From positions 2,112,001 through 2,176,000 of the forward strand of contig CBDBHB010000009.1 of the NCBI GenBank assembly GCA_965205505.1: a DNA stretch of 64,000 nucleotides, read 5' to 3'. Shown in pieces: positions 48,240 through 55,654 of this stretch (positions are counted from its first letter, which is position 1; each line of letters begins with the position of its first letter). The notes beneath the pieces were generated by a model, which worked only from the letters and a program-made list of their open reading frames with translations, did no database searches and was not told where the DNA came from. The position numbers and the translations under genes are program-made. The DNA comes from Acidobacteriota bacterium. GTDB taxonomy: Bacteria; Acidobacteriota; UBA890; WLXD01.

Positions 48240-48952
48240 GCGCCGCGAAGCCGGCTTTACTGACGCCCTTGTACGGAGTGACCAAGGGTCTCGGGGCGCG
48301 ATTCGTGGAAACCGGCAACGGCTGGCTCATCGCAGATGCCTATGCCGAGCCGGAGTCGGAGCAGGCCGCGGCGCGCGACCGGCTGGCGATCGCGGACATC
48401 TCGGCGGATGGCAACTTGAGGATCGAGGGCGCCGATGCGGAAACCACACTGCGCGATGCCTACGGGCTGCCGGCACTCGCGATCGGCGAAAGCGCGCCCG
48501 TCGGGAACGGACGCTGTTATCGTTTGCGTGCCGACTTGTTCTCGGTCATCACCGCCCCCGGGGTTGAGGAAACGACCTTCGGCGCGATCGAGTCTGCTGC
48601 GCAATCGGCGGGTCATCGGATCACCGTGACGGTGATGACGCACGGGCAGGCCAGTGTCCGTATAATCGGCCCGCGCGTAGCGGAACTCATGAGCAAACTG
48701 TGCGGCCTGGACTTCAGCCCCGCGGCGTTTCCTGACGGGGTAGCCAAGCGCACGAGCTTCGCGAAGACGGCACAGCTTGTCGTTCGCCGTGACATTGGTC
48801 AGCTTCCCGCCTTCATGGTGGTCGGAGCGCGGTCGGTCGCGGCCTACGTTTGGGAGACGATTCTGGAGGCCGGCGAGGAGTACGGCATCACGCCGATCGG
48901 GCAAGATGCGCTGTCAAAGATCATTGCGGACAGTACTGAGAGGGGAACATGA
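48236..48952 (+). CDS. soxG: Sarcosine oxidase gamma / GcvT-like subunit
   Basis: IRIIGP..ELMSKLC.LD and RSVAAYVW-type motifs; GTGA overlap with soxA. Confidence 0.8.
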   Translation: MSAAKPALLTPLYGVTKGLGARFVETGNGWLIADAYAEPESEQAAARDRLAIADISADGNLRIEGADAETTLRDAYGLPALAIGESAPVGNGRCYRLRADLFSVITAPGVEETTFGAIESAAQSAGHRITVTVMTHGQASVRIIGPRVAELMSKLCGLDFSPAAFPDGVAKRTSFAKTAQLVVRRDIGQLPAFMVVGARSVAAYVWETILEAGEEYGITPIGQDALSKIIADSTERGT

Positions 48953-50412
48953 CCGATCTAGAAGCCTATGTTCGTGCCGACGGCCGTGACGAACTGGTCA
49001 AGGAAGTTCGTAAGCAGATCGAAGCACTCGGGATCGAGTACATCTACTACCAGTTTGTTTCGGTAACTGGCCGCATCGTTGGCAAGGGCGCTCCGGCAGA
49101 CCACTGGGAAAAGTTTGCGGAAAACGGCTTTCAGCTCGTCTACGGCTCCACCGCCAACCTGTTCACCGATCGGCACGGCAACTACATCGGCTACGGACCG
49201 GAATCATCCGAGCTCGTCGGCATCCCCGATGCGGAGACGTTCGTCCAATTGCCCTGGGAAAAGCGTATCGGGCGCGTCTTCTGCACCTGCTTCCGCAACC
49301 GCGAAGAGCCGGAGAACCCGGGGGCCTTTCTGACGTCGGACTGTCGCGGCAACCTGCGCCGCACGCAGGAGCAATTCACCGCCGATCATGGACTCGAGAT
49401 GCGCGCGGGTACCGAGCCGGAGATGATGTGGTTGAAGAAGGGTGCCGACGGTCGGCCGGACGGCGGCGTTACGCGGCCCTTCTGCTACCACATCGATCAG
49501 TTCGAAACGCTGCGTCCGGTGGTGCTGCAGGTGGTCGAGTACAGCCGTGCCATGGGTCTCGACATCATCCAGGGCGATCACGAGGACGCTCCCGGACAGC
49601 TCGAGCTCAACTTCACCTACGACGACGCGCTCCGAAATTGTGACCGGCTGACCACGTATCGACAGATCTGCGCCGAGGTCGCCAAGCAGCACAACATGAT
49701 CGCCTGCTTCATGTCGAAGCCGTTCATGGGGGTGTCGGCATCGGGGTGCCACCACAACGTCTCGTTGTGGCGCGGCGGCGAGAACGCCGTCAACAGGCTC
49801 GGCCAGGACCCGGTGCCCGGTATCGAGGAGAACTTCACGTACCGGCGGGGCGGTGAGAACGTCTTCCTCCCGGAGGCCGGGCAGCGCATCCCGTCGGAGC
49901 TCGGACTTCAATGCCTGGGCGGATTGAAAGAGCATCTGCCGGCGCTAACGGCGATCGGCTGCTCGACGGTGAACTCTTACCGTCGCCTGTGTGAGACCGG
50001 GTTCTGGGCACCGATCTTCGCCGACTGGGGCTTCCAGAACCGCACCTGCGGGCTGCGCGTTTCTTCGCCCGACCGCTTCGAGTACCGCGCCGTCGACTCG
50101 ATGGTGAACCCGTACCTCATGGCGTCGGGGATTCTGGCGGCGTTTGACGACGGCATCCGCACCAAGGCCGACCCTGGCCCGCCCGAGGAACGCAACATCT
50201 ACGATGCCATCCAGGAGGGCAAGGAGGTGGTCAAGCTGCCCTTGTCGCTCGGTGCTGCCCTGGATACGCTTGCCGCTGACGAGGTCGTGAAGTCAGCGTT
50301 GCCCGGCGATATGTACCGGGTCTTCATGCACTACAAGACCGATGAGTGGGAGCGGTTCCTCGCTCAGACCACCGAATGGGACCTCGAAAACTACCTGGAC
50401 TGCTTGCCGTAG
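48949..50412 (+). CDS. gmaS: Glutamine synthetase-like protein, probable gamma-glutamylmethylamide synthetase
   Basis: GTEPE, DHEDAPGQLE, FMSKPF, SGCHHN, QNRT and FEYR motifs; adjacent to mgsABC. Confidence 0.75.
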   Translation: MTDLEAYVRADGRDELVKEVRKQIEALGIEYIYYQFVSVTGRIVGKGAPADHWEKFAENGFQLVYGSTANLFTDRHGNYIGYGPESSELVGIPDAETFVQLPWEKRIGRVFCTCFRNREEPENPGAFLTSDCRGNLRRTQEQFTADHGLEMRAGTEPEMMWLKKGADGRPDGGVTRPFCYHIDQFETLRPVVLQVVEYSRAMGLDIIQGDHEDAPGQLELNFTYDDALRNCDRLTTYRQICAEVAKQHNMIACFMSKPFMGVSASGCHHNVSLWRGGENAVNRLGQDPVPGIEENFTYRRGGENVFLPEAGQRIPSELGLQCLGGLKEHLPALTAIGCSTVNSYRRLCETGFWAPIFADWGFQNRTCGLRVSSPDRFEYRAVDSMVNPYLMASGILAAFDDGIRTKADPGPPEERNIYDAIQEGKEVVKLPLSLGAALDTLAADEVVKSALPGDMYRVFMHYKTDEWERFLAQTTEWDLENYLDCLP

Positions 50413-50436
50413 CGTATCGGCGGAGATAGCGAAACG

Positions 50437-51384
50437 ATGTGTGGAATCGCAGGAATCATTCACCGTAACAAGACCGGCAACGTGGGCGCCGAAATGACCG
50501 GCATGCTTCAGGCCATGAAGCACCGCGGCCCGGATTCGACCGGCTTCGCCTTTTACGGAGTGCCGACTGAAGGCGAACTGCTGTTGCGTTTCAAGGTGGC
50601 CGAGAGCGACGATCTCGCCTCCGGGTTCGAGATTCACGAGGCGATCAAGGAGCGTCGGGCGCAGGTGGACGAGCGCATCGAGTCGATGGGCGGCGAGATC
50701 CAGGTGGCCGAGGCATCGACTGAGTACGCCTTCCTCTATCGCCTTCGATTCGATCCCAAGCTCGATAGTCTGGTACGTCTGGCCGACTACATCGAGGACG
50801 TCGAGGGTGCCGAGGTTCTCTCGATCGGCAATGCGCTCGAGCTCGTCAAGGACCTGGGCGACGCCACCGAGGTCAGCGATCAATACGAGATGGGCAACTT
50901 CGTCGGCACTCACGCCATCGGTCACACACGAATGGCGACGGAATCGGACGTCGACATCCGCTCGGCACATCCCTACTGGGCCTATCCGGTGAGCGACGTC
51001 TGCGTGGTGCACAACGGTCAGCTCACCAACTACTGGAGCAAGCGGCGTGAGCTGGAGCGAACCGGCCACCGCTTTCTCTCCGATTGCGACTCGGAGCTGA
51101 TCGCCGTCTACGTCGCCGAGCTGACCGAACGCGGCAGGTCACTCGAAGAGGCGATGCACCAGTCGGTCGACGAGCTCGACGGGGTGTTCAGCTACCTGGT
51201 TGCTACCAGCGACGCGCTGGGGCTGGCCAAGGACACGATGGCCGCCAAGCCCATGGTCTTGTACGAAGGCGACGACTGCATCGTAATGGCATCCGAGGAG
51301 GTCGCGATCCGCACCGTTTTTCATGAGGAAATTGATACCTTCGATCCGTACGCTGGTGAGGTACTGGTGTGGAGCACCAACTAG
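50437..51384 (+). CDS. mgsA: N-methylglutamate synthase subunit A (class II glutamine amidotransferase, GlxB)
   Basis: MCGIAG, HRGPDS, GHTRMATES, HNGQLTN and DSE motifs. Confidence 0.82.
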   Translation: MCGIAGIIHRNKTGNVGAEMTGMLQAMKHRGPDSTGFAFYGVPTEGELLLRFKVAESDDLASGFEIHEAIKERRAQVDERIESMGGEIQVAEASTEYAFLYRLRFDPKLDSLVRLADYIEDVEGAEVLSIGNALELVKDLGDATEVSDQYEMGNFVGTHAIGHTRMATESDVDIRSAHPYWAYPVSDVCVVHNGQLTNYWSKRRELERTGHRFLSDCDSELIAVYVAELTERGRSLEEAMHQSVDELDGVFSYLVATSDALGLAKDTMAAKPMVLYEGDDCIVMASEEVAIRTVFHEEIDTFDPYAGEVLVWSTN

Positions 51385-51569
51385 TGGCCTGTAAGCAGAT
51401 GATCGTTGCGTATCGTGGCCGCCATCCTCCGGACAGATGGGCAGTTGCGGGCGATATCGGCGTTGCGCCTCGTCGACGATGCCCATTGCATCGCCTTCCT
51501 CGCCGCGCCTTGATCTCACCCGCAAATCCCATCTGCGATATGCAACGATCATCTGATACAGGACACTAG
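51381..51569. mobile_element. Intact type-A MITE-like element: about 30-bp inverted repeats plus terminal CTAG; folds as a long hairpin
   Basis: CTAGTGGCCTGTAAGCAGATGATCGTTGCGTATCG versus the reverse complement of the right end, CTAGTGTCCTGTATCAGATGATCGTTGCATATCG; inner stems CAGATGGG/CCCATCTG and TTGCGGG/CCCGCAA. Confidence 0.85.
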
Positions 51570-51571
51570 CG

Positions 51572-52408
51572 ATGGCAAAGCAATCGATAAGTGAACCGAT
51601 CGACGTGCACGCGGAACCGCTGAAAGGCCGTTCCCACAAGACCTTCTTTCGGGCCGAGGAGGGGGAGAATCTCGTCTATCCGGACAGTATCGAGGTCGAC
51701 TTCGATCGCTCCGCCGAATTCGATGCCGCCGAGATGGATACCAGTGCGATCAACGTGCGCATCCGCGAGCTCATCGGCGAGGGGCATGGCCACATCATCG
51801 TCCGCAACCCTGGGGCCAAGCACTCCCTCGGGGTCGGAATCCTCAACCGGCTGAAGCTGGAGTTCGATGGCTCGCTCGGCTACTTCGGGATCGGCTTGAA
51901 CGATGGCCCGAACGTACGAATCCGGGGTCGGGTCGGCTGGTCGTGTGGCGAAAACATGATGGCAGGCACCATCGTGGTGGAGAAGAACGCGGGGTCGTCG
52001 TTCGGCGCCGCCATCCGTGGAGGTGATCTCGTCTGCCACGGCGATGTCGGAGCGCGAACCGGGATCAATCAGAAGGGCGGAACGATCATCGTCGGTGGAC
52101 GCACCGGAATGTTGTCCGGGTTCATGATGCAGCGCGGGCGCATGATCGTGCTCGGCGACGCCGGCGATAGCCTCGGCGACTCGATGTACGACGGAACCAT
52201 TTACGTTGGTGGTGAGATCGCGTCGCTCGGCATCGACGCGGTACCCGGCGAGATGACCGATCACGAGGCGGCCTTCTTGCAGCGCAAGCTCGACCTCTAC
52301 GGTCTGGAGGCGCCCAACGGAGTGGAGAAGCTGCAGAAGATCGTCGCAGGCAAACAGCTGTGGAACTACGACAACCTCGAACCCACTGAAAAGAAGATCG
52401 TGCTGTGA
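51572..52408 (+). CDS. mgsB: N-methylglutamate synthase subunit B (GXGXG, GlxC)
   Basis: NPGAKHSLGVG, GENMMAG and GDSMYDG motifs; GXGXG repeats. Confidence 0.82.
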   Translation: MAKQSISEPIDVHAEPLKGRSHKTFFRAEEGENLVYPDSIEVDFDRSAEFDAAEMDTSAINVRIRELIGEGHGHIIVRNPGAKHSLGVGILNRLKLEFDGSLGYFGIGLNDGPNVRIRGRVGWSCGENMMAGTIVVEKNAGSSFGAAIRGGDLVCHGDVGARTGINQKGGTIIVGGRTGMLSGFMMQRGRMIVLGDAGDSLGDSMYDGTIYVGGEIASLGIDAVPGEMTDHEAAFLQRKLDLYGLEAPNGVEKLQKIVAGKQLWNYDNLEPTEKKIVL

Positions 52409-53748
52409 CCGACAACGGCAAGCGTAACAAGGACATTCTGGGGCAGAACTTCGTGTTCAAGCCCAGCGTCATCGATGACATCCACATCAAGTCGGATCTG
52501 GGCCGTTACCGCATGCGCGGTATGGCGCTGTTCAAGAAGATCCCGACCTGGGACGACCTCACCTTTCTGCCCGGCACGCTCACTCGCTTCGTCATCGAGG
52601 GCTACCGCGAGAAGTGCCTCACGGAGACGGTGATCGGCCCCAAAGCGAAGCGTCCGCTGGTGATGGACATCCCGATCTACATCACCGGGATGAGCTTCGG
52701 CGCGCTGTCCTACGAGGCGAAGGTGGCGCTGGCGCGCGGTGCCACGATGGCCGGAACGGCTACATGCTCGGGAGAGGGCGGCATGCTGCCCGACGAGCGC
52801 CGCTACTCATCGAAGTGGCTCTACCAGTGCATCCAGTCGCGCTACGGATTCAACCCGCACCACTTGCGCCTTGCCGATGCCTGCGAGTTCTTCATCGGAC
52901 AGGGCTGCAAGGTGGGTCTCGGCGGCCACCTTATGGGGCAGAAGGTCACCGATCAGGTGGCGGAGATGCGCAACCTGCCGGCGGGCATCGACCAGCGCTC
53001 GCCAGCACGGCACCCGGATTGGCTGGGACCGGATGACCTGGCGTTGAAGATCGACGAGATCCGCGAGGCCACCAACGGCGAGATCCCTATTCAGTTGAAG
53101 CTCGGATCGGCGCGTGTCTATGACGACGTTCGCATGGCCGCCAAGACGGGCCCGGACAGCATCTACCTTGACGGTATGGAAGGCGCCACCGGCGCCGGGC
53201 CCCATCTGGCCACCGAGGAGACCGGCGTTCCGGGGATCGCTGCGATCCGGCAGGCACGGCACGCGCTCGACGACGTCGGCAAGACGGGCGAGATATCGCT
53301 GGTCTACGCTGGAGGCATCCGCAATGGGGCCGATGTGGCCAAAGCGCTGGCGCTGGGTGCCGACGCCATTGCGATCGGTACGGCGGCGATGGTGGCGCTC
53401 AACTGCAACCGCGACATCCCCGAAGCAGACTTCGAGGGAACGATCGGCGTGCCGGCGGGCTACTGCTACCACTGCCACACCGGTTTGTGCCCCGTGGGTG
53501 TCGCCACTCAGGATCCCGAGCTGCGCAAGCGCTTGGATCCCGACGAAGCGGCGATTCGCGTGTTCAACTTCCTCCACACGCTGGCCATCGAATGTCAGAT
53601 GATGGCGCGCGCCTGCGGCAAGACCAACGTCCACTCACTGGAGCCGGAAGACCTGGCGGCGCTGACCTCCGAGGCCTCGGCCATGGCGGAGGTGCCCATT
53701 GCGGGCACTCGCTACACCGTCGGCCACCCTGAAATGACCCGATTCTGA
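52405..53748 (+). CDS. mgsC: N-methylglutamate synthase subunit C (FMN/Fe-S glutamate synthase-like, GlxD)
   Basis: GMSFGALS, GEGG, GQGCKVGLGG, SPARHPD and CYHCHTGLCP.G.ATQ motifs. Confidence 0.85.
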   Translation: MTDNGKRNKDILGQNFVFKPSVIDDIHIKSDLGRYRMRGMALFKKIPTWDDLTFLPGTLTRFVIEGYREKCLTETVIGPKAKRPLVMDIPIYITGMSFGALSYEAKVALARGATMAGTATCSGEGGMLPDERRYSSKWLYQCIQSRYGFNPHHLRLADACEFFIGQGCKVGLGGHLMGQKVTDQVAEMRNLPAGIDQRSPARHPDWLGPDDLALKIDEIREATNGEIPIQLKLGSARVYDDVRMAAKTGPDSIYLDGMEGATGAGPHLATEETGVPGIAAIRQARHALDDVGKTGEISLVYAGGIRNGADVAKALALGADAIAIGTAAMVALNCNRDIPEADFEGTIGVPAGYCYHCHTGLCPVGVATQDPELRKRLDPDEAAIRVFNFLHTLAIECQMMARACGKTNVHSLEPEDLAALTSEASAMAEVPIAGTRYTVGHPEMTRF

Positions 53749-53769
53749 TCGAACACAGCGAGAGACAAC

Positions 53770-54186
53770 GTGAGCGACGAAGCCCCAAAGAACGGCGAGT
53801 CCCAAGCGGAGGACGTCGACTACTACCTCAAATCGAGCGGGCTGGATACCGACCGTGAGCTCGAGATCGGTCAGCACATCGGCTACCGGTACGACGTCAA
53901 CCTGGTGCCGGACTACTCGCTGATGACCCCGCTGCTCAAGAGGTACATCGAACACATGGGCTGGCCGGACCTCAACTGGATGGAAGATGTTCACATGGGC
54001 TACGAGGAAGGTCGTTCGGCCGTCTTCGACCGCAACATCAACGGCTGGGTGGCAGTCCCGGAAGATATGGAGCTGCCCGACTCGCAGCAGGAACGCGACA
54101 TGGTGGCGCGCGAGCTGCTGCTGAAATTCCAAATGTCACCGCAGCACCCGCTCTACGACCTGGGAGAGCGGCACAAGAAGTTTTGA
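53770..54186 (+). CDS. Hypothetical 138-aa acidic soluble protein
   Basis: Operon-like spacing and codon usage matching its neighbours; no recognisable motif. Confidence 0.7.
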   Translation: MSDEAPKNGESQAEDVDYYLKSSGLDTDRELEIGQHIGYRYDVNLVPDYSLMTPLLKRYIEHMGWPDLNWMEDVHMGYEEGRSAVFDRNINGWVAVPEDMELPDSQQERDMVARELLLKFQMSPQHPLYDLGERHKKF

Positions 54187-54256
54187 GGCGTTCTTCTCTC
54201 CAGCGGGGTCGCGACGCGGCCCATATCGATCGACGAGGGTCGATCGCGAGGCCGAC

Positions 54257-55654
54257 GTGAGCGAAACCAAGAAGTGGGGCGCCGACGAGTTCTGGGGGCT
54301 TTCCTATGACTGGGATCCGCAATGGATCCTCACCGCGGAGCAGCAGGAGCTTCAGGCGTCGCTGATCGATCTCTGCCAGAGCACGATGCGTGAGAACGCC
54401 GTGGCGAGCGATCGCGACCTGATCTTTCCGCGCAAGAACTTCGAGGCCCTCGCATCCCTCGGCCTTCTCGGCCTGATAGTGCCGAAGGAGCTTGGCGGGC
54501 GCGGCGAGAGCCATACTTGCATGGCCATGGTGGTCGAGACCATCGCCCGGTATGGATGCGCCAGCACGGCGATGTGCTACACGATGCACGTCAGCGCCGT
54601 CGCCGCGGCGATGCTCCGGGCACACGGTAACGAGACCATTCAGAGCCTGATGCCGCGTCTCGACGACGAGGTCCTGATCGGCACCCTGTCGTACTCGGAT
54701 CCCGAGACGGGCTCGCACTTTTGGTACCCGTTCTCCTCCAGCGCGGAGCGTGTCGAGGGCGGCTGGAAGGTCAACAAGAAGTCATCGTGGACTACTTCAG
54801 GGGGGTTCGCCGACTGGTACGTCATACAGACCACCAGCCCGGACTTCGACGGCGACTACTCGGACCTGTCGGTTTTCCTGATCATGGCCGACGAGATCAG
54901 TGCCGATCCTTCGACCTGGGACGGGCTTGGACTGCGCGGCAACCAGTCGGGGCCGCTGCTGGTGGAGGATAGGACGATTCCCGAGGGTCGCCTTATCGGC
55001 CCGACCGGCGACGGCGCGAGCTCTAATGACGAGGCCGTCGATCCCTTCTTTCTGGCGTGCTCATCGTCCTGCTGGAACGGCATATCGATGGGTCTGATCG
55101 ATATTGCGAAGGGGCATACGACCAAGAAGAAGCACGTCGACGTGGGCATGAGGGTCTGCGATTACCCGACCATTCAGGATTACATTGGCGAGGCCGTGAT
55201 CGATACCAACACGTCGCGCGCGTTCGTCTACCAGTTGACCGCGGCGATAGACAAGAAGACCAACGACTGCGACTGGTCGATCCACGAGGACGTCGCCGTG
55301 CTGCCTCGGTCGACCGTGCTGCACTGGATGTGGCAAGTGAAGTTCACCGCCGCCAAGAACGTCGCCAAGGTTGCCGACAAGATGCTCCACGCTTGTGGCG
55401 GAACCGGCTACAAGCCGGGCCTGGGCATCGAGCGTTACCTTCGCGACGGCAAGGCTGGTTGGGTGATGGGCCCGACCAACGAGGTACTGCGGCAGTTTGT
55501 CGGCAAGGCGGTGTTGTTGGGGTTCGATTCGCTCGACTACTGGAACCAGTCGGTCAACGAGCGCGTGCTCCACAACGAGATCAAGAAGATGGACGCTGCG
55601 GCCAAGAGCGTGCTGGCGCAGAAGCTGCTCGCGGAGGCCGAGGAATCGCAGTGA
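54257..55654 (+). CDS. Acyl-CoA dehydrogenase-fold flavoprotein lacking the canonical catalytic Glu
   Basis: GLIVPKELGG, LSYSDPETGS, GLGLRGNQS and IERYLRD motifs; VMGPTNEV in place of IxEGTxEI. Confidence 0.85.
   Translation: MSETKKWGADEFWGLSYDWDPQWILTAEQQELQASLIDLCQSTMRENAVASDRDLIFPRKNFEALASLGLLGLIVPKELGGRGESHTCMAMVVETIARYGCASTAMCYTMHVSAVAAAMLRAHGNETIQSLMPRLDDEVLIGTLSYSDPETGSHFWYPFSSSAERVEGGWKVNKKSSWTTSGGFADWYVIQTTSPDFDGDYSDLSVFLIMADEISADPSTWDGLGLRGNQSGPLLVEDRTIPEGRLIGPTGDGASSNDEAVDPFFLACSSSCWNGISMGLIDIAKGHTTKKKHVDVGMRVCDYPTIQDYIGEAVIDTNTSRAFVYQLTAAIDKKTNDCDWSIHEDVAVLPRSTVLHWMWQVKFTAAKNVAKVADKMLHACGGTGYKPGLGIERYLRDGKAGWVMGPTNEVLRQFVGKAVLLGFDSLDYWNQSVNERVLHNEIKKMDAAAKSVLAQKLLAEAEESQ

Noticed and set aside
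49768-49866. Repeated RGGEN motif within the GmaS-like protein
   Set aside because: Short and in frame; probably a subfamily loop, and cannot be judged without an alignment.
8112-51569. Repeats as a CRISPR array
   Set aside because: The copies are dispersed and have inverted ends; there is no repeat-spacer periodicity and no cas gene.
55057-55650. N-terminal 198 aa of the 979-aa ORF-track call
   Set aside because: It is an off-frame read-through of the ACAD-like gene; the real start is the GTG at 55651 overlapping its stop.
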